From Candidatus Palauibacter australiensis (GTDB lineage: Bacteria > Gemmatimonadota > Gemmatimonadetes > Palauibacterales > Palauibacteraceae), in NCBI GenBank assembly GCA_026705295.1, contig JAPPBA010000155.1, forward strand, positions 670-64,669: 64,000 nucleotides of DNA, given 5' to 3'. Below, piece after piece: positions 29,567-38,999 of the stretch. Position 1 is the first letter of the stretch. Every line of letters starts with the position of its first letter. The notes under the pieces were generated by a model, which had not been told where the DNA came from, ran no database searches, and worked only from the letters and a program-made list of their open reading frames with translations. The translations under genes and the position numbers were made by a program.

Positions 29567-30226
29567 TCACCCTTCCTCCGGTCCCGACAGTTCGAGTTCG
29601 AGTTCCGTTGCAGCCAGCCGGTAGCGCCGCAGCCACAGGTACGCGAACGCGAGCGTGTAGGCGACGAATCCGAGCAGCATCACGAGCCCGTACGCGCTCC
29701 ACATCGACTGCGGGGACGACGGGGGCTGGTGGAGGCTCCGCCACCAGAACACCGACAGGTACACGATCGGGACCTGGACGAACGCGATGAGACCGATCAC
29801 GGCCGCCCAGCGCGCCCGCCGGTCCGGATCCTCCGCCATCGACCGCACGACGAGGTAGCCCGTGTAGATGGGTACGAGGAGCGCCGTGGTTGTGACTCGC
29901 GGGTCCCACGCCCACCAGATCCCCCACGTGGGCCGGCCCCACAGGGTGCCGAGGATGAGCGTGAGGACAGCGGCGACCACCCCGAGTTCCGCGGCGGAAA
30001 CCGCGAGCAGGTCCCACTTCAGCCGGCGCTGCACGAGGTAGAGGATGCTCATGAGGAAGACGACGAAGAAGGCGAGCATCATCACCCACGCGATCGGAAC
30101 GTGGACGTAGAGGAGGCGCTGGACTTCGCCCTGCAGCCCGTCGGCGGGCAGGACGGCGAGTCCGAGCACGGTGCTGACGGCGATGAGGGCGATCGCAAGC
30201 CACCCGAGCTTGGTCAGTCTATTCAT
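29567..30226 (-). CDS. ccmC: heme exporter protein CcmC
   Basis: Trimmed to MNRLTKLGWLAIALIAV. It has the W-rich heme-handling motif WGRPTWGIWWAWDPRVT and conserved His residues (LYVHVP). Confidence 0.92.
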   Translation of the reverse strand: MNRLTKLGWLAIALIAVSTVLGLAVLPADGLQGEVQRLLYVHVPIAWVMMLAFFVVFLMSILYLVQRRLKWDLLAVSAAELGVVAAVLTLILGTLWGRPTWGIWWAWDPRVTTTALLVPIYTGYLVVRSMAEDPDRRARWAAVIGLIAFVQVPIVYLSVFWWRSLHQPPSSPQSMWSAYGLVMLLGFVAYTLAFAYLWLRRYRLAATELELELSGPEEG

Positions 30227-30236
30227 TGAACCCGCA

Positions 30237-30917
30237 TCACTCCTCGAGGACGACGGGGAAGATCCAGACACAGACGACGAACAATATCACGTCGTAGGAC
30301 GCGAGTAACCTCAGCCACCCGCCGGCCCGTCCGAGCGGGTCGCCCGCCAGAAACGCTTCCGTGGCCCCGACGCTCCCGAGGACGACGGGGACGAGGGCGG
30401 GGAAGAGGAGGAGCGGCAGCAGGAGTTCGCGCGCGCGGAGGTGGACCGTGAGGGCGGAGAAGAACGTCCCGATGACGGAGAAGCCGAACGTGCCGAGGAC
30501 GGCCACGAGCAGGAGCGGGCCGGCCTGCGCGGCGAAGTCGACGCTGTACAGGATCGCGGCGGCGGGGAAGAGGAGGACCTCGAGCGCGGCGAGCACGACG
30601 AGGTTGCCGGCCAGCTTGCCCAGGTAGATCGCCCGCACGTCGCCGGGATAGAGCCGCAGCAGGTGGGTGCCGCCCGCGAGTTCCTCGTTCTGGAACGTCC
30701 GGCCGAGGGAGAGGGTGCCGGTGAAGACGATCGCCACCCAGAGGAGGCCGCCCGCGAGCCGTCCGAGCAGGTCGTTGTCCACGCCGATGGCGAAGCTGAA
30801 CATGAAGAGGACGAGCGCGGCGAAGGAGAGCATCGCCGTGAAGCCCTGCCGCGTGCGGGTCTCCGAGAGGATATCCTTCCACAGGATGGCGGCGGCTCGC
30901 CGCGCGAGCGCGCTCAT
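30237..30917 (-). CDS. ccmB: heme exporter permease CcmB
   Basis: Trimmed to MSALARRAAAILWKDILSETRTRQGF. It is a 6-TM protein and shares an ATGA overlap with ccmA. Confidence 0.88.
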   Translation of the reverse strand: MSALARRAAAILWKDILSETRTRQGFTAMLSFAALVLFMFSFAIGVDNDLLGRLAGGLLWVAIVFTGTLSLGRTFQNEELAGGTHLLRLYPGDVRAIYLGKLAGNLVVLAALEVLLFPAAAILYSVDFAAQAGPLLLVAVLGTFGFSVIGTFFSALTVHLRARELLLPLLLFPALVPVVLGSVGATEAFLAGDPLGRAGGWLRLLASYDVILFVVCVWIFPVVLEE

Positions 30918-31564
30918 GCGGTCTCGGCGGCCACCCGGCCGCCCACCAGCCGCACGACTTCGTCGGCGTGGCGAGTCGCGTCCTCGACCCGGTGCGAGGC
31001 GATGACCACGGCGGCGCCGGCCTCGCGCCACCCGCGGACCGCCTCGTGGACGAGCCCCACGCCGTCCTCGTCCAGGCTCACGAAGGGCTCGTCGAGCAGC
31101 ACGAGTTCCAGCGGGCGGAGCCGGAGCCGCGCCAGTTCGAGGCGCTGGCGCATCCCGGTCGACCACGCCCGCACCGGGACGTCTGCCGCGCCGCCGAGAT
31201 CGACCGCGGCGAGCGCGCCCCGCAGGTCGTCGTCCGTGGCCTCCGTCCCGGACATGTGCGCCGCGAAGCGCAGGTTTTCGACCCCGGTCAACTCCTCGTA
31301 CGCGTGCCCACCGGCCGTCATGAACGCGGCGCGCGCCCGGATCTCGTCCCCGCCCGCGGGGAGGGTGTGACCCAGGACCTCCACCCGGCCCGCGGTCGGC
31401 CTGAGCACGGTCGAGATCACGCGGAGCAGCGTCGTCTTGCCCGTCCCGTTGGCGCCGAGCAGCGCGACGACCGCCCCGCGCGGCACGGCGAGGTCGACCC
31501 CGCGCAGCGCCCAGCGCCGGCCGAAGCGCCGGGTGACGCCCTCCGCGGCGACCGCGAGGCTCAC
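30914..31564 (-). CDS. ccmA: heme ABC exporter ATP-binding protein CcmA
   Basis: Walker A is GANGTGKTT, the signature is WSTGMRQR, and Walker B is VLLDEP. It is the first gene of the ccmABCD string. Confidence 0.9.
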   Translation of the reverse strand: MSLAVAAEGVTRRFGRRWALRGVDLAVPRGAVVALLGANGTGKTTLLRVISTVLRPTAGRVEVLGHTLPAGGDEIRARAAFMTAGGHAYEELTGVENLRFAAHMSGTEATDDDLRGALAAVDLGGAADVPVRAWSTGMRQRLELARLRLRPLELVLLDEPFVSLDEDGVGLVHEAVRGWREAGAAVVIASHRVEDATRHADEVVRLVGGRVAAETA

Positions 31565-31617
31565 CGGCGCGCCCGCGCGATTGGCCTGCCGCCGGGGCCG
31601 CTCATACGTTCCGCCGC

Positions 31618-32823
31618 ATGGAACTCGACCGGATCGCCCGTCTCGCCGGAGGCGGCGGAGGCAAGGTGCTGCTCTACGTGCTCGACGGGCTGGGCGGCCT
31701 GCCGCGCGAGCCCGGGGGACCGACCGAACTCGAGGCCGCCCGCACCCCGCACCTCGACGAACTCGCGCGCGCCGGAACGTGCGGCCTCCACGACCCCGTT
31801 GCGCCGGGCATCACCCCGGGCAGCGGCCCCGGCCACCTGGCCCTGTTCGGCTACGACCCCCTCGTGTACGAGACCGGCCGCGGCGTGCTTGAGGCCCTCG
31901 GCATCGAATTCCCGCTCCGGCCGGGCGACATCGCCGTGCGCGCCAACTTCTGCACCCTCGACCCCCACGGCCGGGTGGCCGACCGCCGCGCGGGCCGCAT
32001 CCCGTGCGAGGAAGCCGCCCCCCTGGCCGCCCGGCTCAACGGCATCGAACTGGACGGCGCCCGCTGCACCGTGCGCCACGTGAAGGAACACCGCTTCGTC
32101 CTCGTCCTGCACCCCGACGCCCCCGCGGGCGACGCCGTCAACGACACCGACCCCGGCCAGCCCGGTCTGCCGACCCGGGCCCCCGTGGCGCGGAACGCGG
32201 CATCCGAGCCGACCGCGCGGCTCCTCGCCGCGTGGCTCGACGCGGCCGCCGAGCGGCTCGCCGGCCGGACGCAGGCGAACATGGCGCTCCTGCGCGGCGT
32301 CTCCAGCCAGCCCGGCTGGCCCCGCTTCAGCGACGTGTTCGGCATGCGGGCCACCGCGGCCGCCGCGTATCCCATGTACCGCGGGGTCGCGCGCCTCGTC
32401 GGCATGGACGCGCGCACGGTGCCCGCGGGCGCCCCCCCGCTCGTTGACGCCCTGAAGGCGCGGTTCGCCGACTACGATTTCTTCTTCCTCCACTTCAAGC
32501 CTCCCGACAAGGCCGGAGAAGACGGCGACTTCGACCGCAAGGTAGCCGCCATCGAGGAAGCGGACGTCATCGTCCCCGACCTCGTCGATGCGGGCCCCGA
32601 CGTCATCCTCGTGACCGGCGACCACTCGACCCCCTCCGTCATGAGCAGCCACAGCTGGCACCCCGTGCCCTTCCTCCTCCACGGCCCCCCGGCCCGCAAC
32701 GACGCCGCCACCACCTTCGGCGAGACCGCCTGCCGCGCCGGCGTCCACGGCCGCGTCCGAGGCTGCGACCTCATGCGCCTCGCCGCCGCCAGCGCCGGCC
32801 GCCTCGCAAAGTTCGGAGCCTAG
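31618..32823 (+). CDS. apgM: cofactor-independent phosphoglycerate mutase, archaeal-type (ApgM family)
   Basis: VLLYVLDGLGGLP...TPHLDELA...GSGPGHLALFGYDP...GDHSTPSVMSSHSWHPVPFLL match the ApgM/metalloenzyme superfamily. Confidence 0.88.
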   Translation: MELDRIARLAGGGGGKVLLYVLDGLGGLPREPGGPTELEAARTPHLDELARAGTCGLHDPVAPGITPGSGPGHLALFGYDPLVYETGRGVLEALGIEFPLRPGDIAVRANFCTLDPHGRVADRRAGRIPCEEAAPLAARLNGIELDGARCTVRHVKEHRFVLVLHPDAPAGDAVNDTDPGQPGLPTRAPVARNAASEPTARLLAAWLDAAAERLAGRTQANMALLRGVSSQPGWPRFSDVFGMRATAAAAYPMYRGVARLVGMDARTVPAGAPPLVDALKARFADYDFFFLHFKPPDKAGEDGDFDRKVAAIEEADVIVPDLVDAGPDVILVTGDHSTPSVMSSHSWHPVPFLLHGPPARNDAATTFGETACRAGVHGRVRGCDLMRLAAASAGRLAKFGA

Positions 32824-32872
32824 CCGCGTGGTATGGCCCCGTACAGCCCGGGATCACCGTCACCCGCCGACG

Positions 32873-33981
32873 TTGCGTAGGCCAGGAATCGTACTCGTGG
32901 CCGTCGCGCTGTCCGCAGGCTGTGGAGAGCCGACGGATTCCGTGTCGCACACCGTCCAACTCGACCCGTATGCGTCCGTGATCGCGCCGCCGAGCATGAT
33001 CGACGAGATCGTGCTGCTGGAAGGTGACTTGGCCTGCGTCATCGATACCTACTGGTACCGTGTCGCTTGCACCGATCCGGGCGGCGAGTCCTTCAGGTCG
33101 GCAAGGAAGGCGAAGGACCGGGCGAGCTCACGGACCCGTTCGCGATCCTTCGCGGCCCGGGGGCAACGATTGGTGTTGTCGACATGGGACTTGGCCGCCT
33201 GTCGGTGTTCTCGAAAGCGGGCGAATTCCTTACTTCGACTCCCGGACTCCCGCGCGGGTTTCTGGGCGGAGGGTCACAGGAGATGGCCGGGACGCTGGTC
33301 GGCACCCACCTGAAGCGCGACCCGGATGGCGGTTTCTTTTGGGTAAACGTGGAGATCGATCCGGGCACAGGTCGTGTGGTATGGGAGCGGGCGTTCCCTG
33401 ACGAAGCCGCCGTCGTCGACTGCTCGACCCCTACGCCCGGATCTCGCCGTCGCCAGCTTTCGTTGGGATACGATGACCGAGGCGGCGGTCGTCTGTTCGT
33501 GACCTGCTACGGCGAGTTCCTGGTGTGGTACGGCGACCGGGAGGCGGACGAACCGGATGCCATCGTACGCTCCACGTATGTCGAGAGATATCCGACGGAC
33601 GAGGATGTGGAGGCGGCACTGGAGAGGCTGAATTCCATTCCCGCGGGTGGCTGGCGTCCAGACACCAGCGAGGACGGAATCCGGGAGCGGCCGAGGGTCT
33701 GGTACGGCTCCCGTGTCGTGGACGACCGTCGACGGTTCTGGGCGGTGTCGCAATGGAATTCGGAGCCCGCCGTGATACCGGCGTTCAGCCACATCGACGT
33801 GTTCCGACTCGCCGACACAGGCCCCGAGTACGCGCTGACGTTACAGGTGGCGGACAAGGTGGTGGGGATGGACGTACTCGGAAACACGCTCGCCGTGCTG
33901 GTAGAGCGCGACACCGGCGGCGTAGTCCGCGAGCGCCGCGTGGACTGGTACGACGTGACCCACTTGGCCTCTCAGCGCTGA
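32873..33981 (+). pseudogene. beta-propeller-like lipoprotein, paralog 1, interrupted by a 1-nt frame change near 33085..33093
   Basis: The frame of ORF 32828..33313 carries the lipoprotein signal (TTG 32873: MRRPGIVLVAVALSAGC) and the first strand region. The frame of ORF 33067..33981 carries the rest, including the family motif GKEGEGPGELTDP. The paralogs are continuous across the equivalent point. Confidence 0.6.
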
Positions 33982-33988
33982 CCGAGTC

Positions 33989-34052
33989 GGACGCGTTCCG
34001 GCCGGACCGCCTGGGGTCAGGCGGCGCTGGGGGGCTCGCCGGAGTGTTCACG
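33989..34052 (+). repeat. island repeat copy A (imperfect palindrome + GGGGTCAGGCGGCGCT + CGGAGTGTTCAC)
   Basis: The palindrome GCGTTCCGGCCGGACCGC (33993..34010) pairs 8 of 9. GGGGTCAGGCGG starts at 34013 and CGGAGTGTTC at 34040, the same 27-nt spacing as in copy D. It starts 8 nt after the paralog-1 stop. Confidence 0.8.
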
Positions 34053-34078
34053 CAGTTCGGACTCCCGTAGACTCCCCG

Positions 34079-35185
34079 ATGCCGTACAGCCCTAGAGCGG
34101 ACCTGACCTGCGGTGCGTTGCTGCTCCTGGCGGGCCTCCTCGCTTGTGGGAGTGAGGGCGACTTCACGGAGTTGGGAGTTGCGGACGACCGGGAGGTGGT
34201 TGACGTCTCCGCGTCGCTGGAGGCGCTCATCGGGTCCGGCGTGCGAATCGGGGCGGAAGTGAACCCTGATTCGGAGGCCGAGGCCTTTCGGCGGATTCTC
34301 GATGCGCAGCTGACGCCGGACGGCCGCTTCGTCGTGGCGCTCGATGCTAGTCCGCCATTCGTGCGTGTCTTCAACCCCGACGGATCGCTCGAAGCCGCTT
34401 TCTTGCCGCGCGGCGAGGGACCGGGCGAAGCCGAGAGTCCCGAGGCGCTGGCGGTGTCGAACGACCGCATCCTCGTGCTGGAACCCGGCCGCGCCTCGGT
34501 GCTCACATTGGACGGGGAACTCGTCGAGGACCGGCCGATCGATTTCTGGCCGACATCTGCCGCGCGTGGCTGCGCGGACGGTTTTCTGGTCTACGGTCCC
34601 GGCGCCTACGACGATGGGTCCATCGTCTGGCTCCGGTCATTCCAGGCCCTCGAAGAGACTCCGGTCTCCATCCTCGAGGGCGCGAGTCCGGCGGAGGTTT
34701 CGGCCTACCGGAGCCGCGACCGGGGCCGCCCGAGCCGTCTCGCTCGCGCGGGAGGGCTGGCCGTACTCCACCACGACGGACGAGACCCCCCGGAAACGTT
34801 CACGCTCTCCTGCCCCGGCGTCCGCACATCCACCGTGGACACCGTCCCGGAGTTCACGGAACCTGTGGTTGGCCGCGAACAGAGGGTCACGGGCGGAGCC
34901 GTGCGGACGCTACAACTCGGGAGCTACATCTTCACGGGCGCCGCGATCCTGAATCGAACACCGATCCTGTCCGCGTGGAAGATCGTCGAATCGGGAACGG
35001 AGTCCGGAACGCACTTCATCCCGGCTCGCGGCGGATCTCCCGCCTCCTACACGAGCAGCAGGGTCTCGCTGCTGGACGCCCAGCCTGGTCAAGCGGTGCT
35101 CCTCGAGGCCAGCTTTCCCGTCCCGCATATCATCATGGTGGACTACGCTGCCTTCGTACGGGCGCTGGGGGTGGAACCGCACTAG
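34079..35185 (+). CDS. beta-propeller-like lipoprotein, paralog 2
   Basis: Lipoprotein signal ALLLLAGLLACGS and family motif PRGEGPGEAESP. Repeated strand-like segments follow. It is similar in layout to 32873..33981 and 36805..38007. Confidence 0.7.
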   Translation: MPYSPRADLTCGALLLLAGLLACGSEGDFTELGVADDREVVDVSASLEALIGSGVRIGAEVNPDSEAEAFRRILDAQLTPDGRFVVALDASPPFVRVFNPDGSLEAAFLPRGEGPGEAESPEALAVSNDRILVLEPGRASVLTLDGELVEDRPIDFWPTSAARGCADGFLVYGPGAYDDGSIVWLRSFQALEETPVSILEGASPAEVSAYRSRDRGRPSRLARAGGLAVLHHDGRDPPETFTLSCPGVRTSTVDTVPEFTEPVVGREQRVTGGAVRTLQLGSYIFTGAAILNRTPILSAWKIVESGTESGTHFIPARGGSPASYTSSRVSLLDAQPGQAVLLEASFPVPHIIMVDYAAFVRALGVEPH

Positions 35186-35188
35186 GAG

Positions 35189-35224
35189 ACGTTCCCGCGG
35201 GAACGTGCGGGGTCCGGCGGTGCT
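35189..35224 (+). repeat. island repeat copy B
   Basis: ACGTTCCCGCGGGAACGT is a perfect 18-nt palindrome (35189..35206), followed by GC and GGGGTCCGGCGGTGCT. It matches copy D at 33 of 36 nt by manual alignment and starts 4 nt after the paralog-2 stop. Confidence 0.9.
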
Positions 35225-35314
35225 ACTCGCACCCCCCGCCCGCAGGCGTCAGATTTCGATCCGGAGCAGGGGAGGAAGGGGAAGTTCGGGGCAACTCGAG
35301 AGGGAGGTTGAACG

Positions 35315-36769
35315 ATGGGCGCCAGCGCGACAGGCATCGCGCGGTCGTGCGGCCGCGGCGTGACGCGGCGGCTGGCGCTCATGGCGCTCGCGCTGTGTGT
35401 TGGATGGCCGATGACGGCGGCGGGGCAGGAGCCGGGGCGGGTGGCGGGCGTGGTCCGCGCCGAGGACACCGGCCAGCCCGTGGCGGGTGCCGCGGTACGG
35501 TTGGCGGGAGGGGACGTCGTGGTGGCGGAGACCGTCACAGGAGCGAGCGGCGCCTTTGCCTTTGACGGCATCGCGCCGGGCGAGTACGTGCTCGGCGTCC
35601 GGCGCATCGGGTTCGCCGCGTACGGCGTGCCGCTGGCGGTGGGGCCGGACGGGCCGGCCTCGCTCGACGTGCGGCTGTCCCTGGACCCGGTCGAGGTGGC
35701 GCCGCTCGAGGTGGACGTCGAGGGTCGGCCGCTCCGCCTGGTCGAGACGGGCTTCTACGACCGGCTGGAGGAGGGCTGGGGCACGTACTTCGAGCCGGAG
35801 TGGATCAGAACCCGAAGCGCGGGCTTCACCCGGTTGTCGCACTTCGTGTCGAACCTGCAGATGCGGGCCCCCCTGTCCCGCTGTCCCAAGGTGCAGGTCT
35901 GGCACGACCGGAAGCGAATCGGCGAAGCGGCTGGTTGGGGGACCAGCAAGCCGGTGTCGCTCAACCCGGCCGGTAGGCACCAGTCCCCCGTGGAGCCGTC
36001 CTCGCGACTGCTGGACGAACTGTCCGTGGCGGATCTGGGCGCCGCCGAGCTGTATCCGCCTTCGTCTCCGATCCCGCTCTTCGCGCTCAACGACACCACG
36101 CTCTACTGCGGAGTCATCATCCTGTGGTCGGACTGGATGGCGCAGATGGGGGGCGAGGTTCCGCAGATTGACGTGAAGCTCTGCGAGCCGGCCGGTGGTG
36201 CCGCCGAGGTGACGCTCGACGGGACGGTGGAGGACCGGCTCACCGAGGTGCGGCTGCCGGCGGCCCGCATCCGGGCGTCGTTCGCGCCGGCCGGCGAGGA
36301 GGGGCCGCTCGAACTCTCCGAGATCGAGGTGCGGTCCGACTCGACCGGCCGCTTCCGGCTCTGCGACCTCCCGTCGGGAACCGACGTCACGCTGGCGCCC
36401 TCCTACGGTCCCCATCCGGGCGAGGTCGCCACGCTCCGCGCCGAATCTGGTGAGGTGGCGCGTCTGATTGTCCCCGTCACGATGCCGGGATCGGTCGCCG
36501 GGCGGGTCGTGAACGGGAACACGGGGCGGGGGTTCCCGGCCGTGCCCGTCATACTGGTCGGCACCGACATCCGGGTCGTGACCGATGCTGCCGGCCGCTT
36601 CGCGATGGAGGACCTGCCGCCCGGCGCGTACCAGGTGCGGGCCGACTGCGGAGGCTTCGGGTCGCCGACGCCACGGGTCGTCGTCTCGGAGGCCGGGCAG
36701 GCCCGCGTCCTCCTCGTCCTGGAGCCCAAGGACCGCTCCGGCCGCGATCTACGCCGCTGCGACAACTGA
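35315..36769 (+). CDS. secreted carboxypeptidase-regulatory-like (CarboxypepD_reg) domain protein
   Basis: Signal peptide RRLALMALALCVGWPMTAAGQ. An N-terminal GRVAGVVRAEDTGQPVAGAAVRL...GAFAFDGIAPGEYVL module and a second C-terminal GSVAGRVVNGNTGRGFPAVPVIL...GRFAMEDLPPGAYQV module are both CarboxypepD_reg-like. Confidence 0.7.
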   Translation: MGASATGIARSCGRGVTRRLALMALALCVGWPMTAAGQEPGRVAGVVRAEDTGQPVAGAAVRLAGGDVVVAETVTGASGAFAFDGIAPGEYVLGVRRIGFAAYGVPLAVGPDGPASLDVRLSLDPVEVAPLEVDVEGRPLRLVETGFYDRLEEGWGTYFEPEWIRTRSAGFTRLSHFVSNLQMRAPLSRCPKVQVWHDRKRIGEAAGWGTSKPVSLNPAGRHQSPVEPSSRLLDELSVADLGAAELYPPSSPIPLFALNDTTLYCGVIILWSDWMAQMGGEVPQIDVKLCEPAGGAAEVTLDGTVEDRLTEVRLPAARIRASFAPAGEEGPLELSEIEVRSDSTGRFRLCDLPSGTDVTLAPSYGPHPGEVATLRAESGEVARLIVPVTMPGSVAGRVVNGNTGRGFPAVPVILVGTDIRVVTDAAGRFAMEDLPPGAYQVRADCGGFGSPTPRVVVSEAGQARVLLVLEPKDRSGRDLRRCDN

Positions 36770-36804
36770 CCGCCCAGTCGGGTGGCGCCGAGCGCCTCGT
36801 CGGA

Positions 36805-38007
36805 GTGTTCACGAAGAGTGGACCTATTGGGCTCGTCTGCACGGTCACGTTCGGGGTCGCGGGCTGTGACGGCGGCGCCGAGGCCGTCGGGACGGCGAGA
36901 ACGCTTCCGGTCGTGACTGCGACTCGTGTGCGGCAATTGACGGAGGCCGAAACCGCGGGGCCGTTGTTCCGGCCGGAACATGTGAGTCGTGTCGGCGATG
37001 ATCTCTGGATTCTCGACGCGGGCAACTTACGTATCGTGATTCGCACACCCGACAGCGTGTACGCGGTTGGACGGGAGGGCGATGGCCCCGGGGAGTTTCG
37101 GCTGCCGCTGAGTCTGTCCCCGAACATCACGGGCGGCGCGACGGTGTGGGATCGTATCGCGCGACGCCTGACGCGGTTTCGACCGAACGCCGAAGTAGGG
37201 GAGACCATCGCAGTGGAGCAGCGGCCCGGCAGGATGGCGCGCGAGGTATTCGACTTGGGCCATCGGCGGCTCGTGATCTCCGGAGTCGTCCTGGATGCGA
37301 TGAACCCGCCCGCAGAGGACGATGAACCGCCGACCGCCATCGAACTCGAGCACTTCGACTCCGATGCGATCGACACCCTCGGGCACGTGCCGCCGTGGGG
37401 TCCTGTTGGCGTGTGGTCGGGCGATGGAAGGTCGATGAGCGTGTCCGCGTTCATCCGGCCGTTCGATGCGCCTCCACACGCGGATGTGAGCGCGGCCTGC
37501 GGAGGGCTGGCGGCAGTGTCGGTTGGGGGAAGGCGGCTCGAGATCGTCCTGATCGACAGGTTCGGCGACGTGGTCGGTGCGATCCGGGACTCCCTGCGTG
37601 GGCCGAGAATCACGGAGCAGGAGGTGGACGCGTTCTTCTCGACGTTCTTCCCGGACGCACGTCAGGAGGAGTTCGATCTGAGAAACCTCCTGCCCGTACC
37701 GGAGCGGCATCCAGCCGTGCACGATCTTCAGTTCATGTCGGATGGCCGCGTGTGGGCACGGTTGGATCCGGAGTCCATACTGCTGGAAGCGAATCGGCGG
37801 GAGCACAGCCGCTGGAGAGTGTGGACGCTCCGGAGGGTCGACGATGTCGTAGAGGCTTCTCCACCCTCCGACGTTCTCCTACCGCACCTGTTCACCCCGA
37901 ACGAAGTCTTGCGCGACACGATCTGGGGTGTGCGGCTCAACGAACTGGGAATCCACACCATCGAAGGCTTCGTCGTGGAGGAGTGGACCGGCTTAGGGGG
38001 CTGCTAG
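36805..38007 (+). CDS. beta-propeller-like lipoprotein, paralog 3
   Basis: The GTG start lies inside the motif CGGAGTGTTCAC, which is shared with repeat copy A. It has the lipoprotein signal GLVCTVTFGVAGC and the family motif GREGDGPGEFRLP. Confidence 0.7.
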   Translation: MFTKSGPIGLVCTVTFGVAGCDGGAEAVGTARTLPVVTATRVRQLTEAETAGPLFRPEHVSRVGDDLWILDAGNLRIVIRTPDSVYAVGREGDGPGEFRLPLSLSPNITGGATVWDRIARRLTRFRPNAEVGETIAVEQRPGRMAREVFDLGHRRLVISGVVLDAMNPPAEDDEPPTAIELEHFDSDAIDTLGHVPPWGPVGVWSGDGRSMSVSAFIRPFDAPPHADVSAACGGLAAVSVGGRRLEIVLIDRFGDVVGAIRDSLRGPRITEQEVDAFFSTFFPDARQEEFDLRNLLPVPERHPAVHDLQFMSDGRVWARLDPESILLEANRREHSRWRVWTLRRVDDVVEASPPSDVLLPHLFTPNEVLRDTIWGVRLNELGIHTIEGFVVEEWTGLGGC

Positions 38008-38015
38008 CCAGACGA

Positions 38016-38048
38016 GACGTTCACCCGGGAACGTCCGGGGGTCAGGCA
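38016..38048 (+). repeat. island repeat copy C (degenerate)
   Basis: GACGTTCACCCGGGAACGTC (38016..38035) is an imperfect palindrome, followed by GGGGTCAGGCA (38038..38048). It starts 9 nt after the paralog-3 stop. Confidence 0.75.
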
Positions 38049-38543
38049 CAGTGGGCTTAGGCGTCTGCTTCCAGTGCTTGCGCTTGTCCTCGCGAACTCG
38101 GGGTGTGGTAACGTCCTCGGCATCTTCGGCTCGCGTGCGACATTAGCGCTGCCAATACCAGAGCATCTACGAGACTCCCTCGCCGACCCGAAGGAGTTGG
38201 CCGGGCTCAGGAGGTACTACGACGACGAATGCGCGGATCTCTGCCCGCCGTGAGCGGACGCACTGCCGGCCCCCAGGAGTCGGCAGATACGTCGAATCTT
38301 GTTCCGCAGCGTACAGTGTTGCAAAATTCCGGACAATCTTCATGCCACTGAAACGTCTTGCACGTGCGGACTATGACTCGGGGGATCCGGGAGCGCCGCT
38401 CGGACCCCGGGGAAACGAGGATCACTGCGTGGTTGGAATCGGGATCGGGTTGAAACCAGCCAGCTCTTCCCGTATCGCTCAACGACCCGAGCTGCCTGCA
38501 GTTTCGGCACCCGCAGCAGGTACGGCTGACACTGTGAGAGACT

Positions 38544-38999
38544 TCACTTGGAGCGCACCACCCGGACCGTACGGTAAACGCGAACCGTGTCGCCCGGGGG
38601 CTCGTGCGGGGGCCACGAAATCCGGTCCAGTCCCGTCACCGTGATCTCGCCTGTTCCGGCACGATCGAATCGCACGTAGATCTGCCGAAGATCGTTACCT
38701 ATCCCATGGTCCGGACAACTCGAGCTGTACCGCCAGTTCATGTACGGTGTGATCGTCGCGTGAAGCCGCGTCGTTTCGGTCTCCGTTCGTCCAGGCTCCA
38801 CGTTGCAACCAAAGAACGTCCGAATCGATACCGGGAACGACTGATCCACACGGACCGTGTCCGGTACGGAGACAACCGATTCCATGTCACCGTAGATCGC
38901 ACCGACGATCTCACCGCGCTGCGGTTCGGATGAGACCACGCCACCGCAGCCGGCCATGAGACCGGCTGCGGTGAGCGTCAAGGCACATCGTTGAATCAT
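38544..38999 (-). CDS. small lipoprotein, hypothetical (coupled to the S1 protease gene)
   Basis: 151 aa with the lipobox LTAAGLMAGC. It has two Cys residues spaced 30 residues apart in a strand-rich domain (VPDTVRVDQSFPVSIRTFFGC...SSSC). Its ATG overlaps the protease TGA in an ATGA at 38996..38999. Confidence 0.7.
   Translation of the reverse strand: MIQRCALTLTAAGLMAGCGGVVSSEPQRGEIVGAIYGDMESVVSVPDTVRVDQSFPVSIRTFFGCNVEPGRTETETTRLHATITPYMNWRYSSSCPDHGIGNDLRQIYVRFDRAGTGEITVTGLDRISWPPHEPPGDTVRVYRTVRVVRSK

Noticed and set aside
33060-33110. Programmed ribosomal frameshift in paralog 1
   Set aside because: There is no X-XXY-YYZ slippery heptamer or obvious downstream stimulatory structure at the frame junction. 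A mutational or assembly indel is the more economical explanation.
34013-34052. Diversity-generating retroelement (VR/TR pair) as the explanation for the duplicated SPW 3' end
   Set aside because: No reverse transcriptase is present in the window. The mismatches between copies A and D are not restricted to adenine positions. The shared segment is only about 40-65 nt.
38207-38482. 91-aa minus-strand ORF in the decayed spacer
   Set aside because: It has no recognisable motifs, a Cys/Arg-rich odd composition, and no plausible ribosome-binding context. It overlaps the alternative + strand lipoprotein-signal frame. It is treated as non-coding or remnant sequence.
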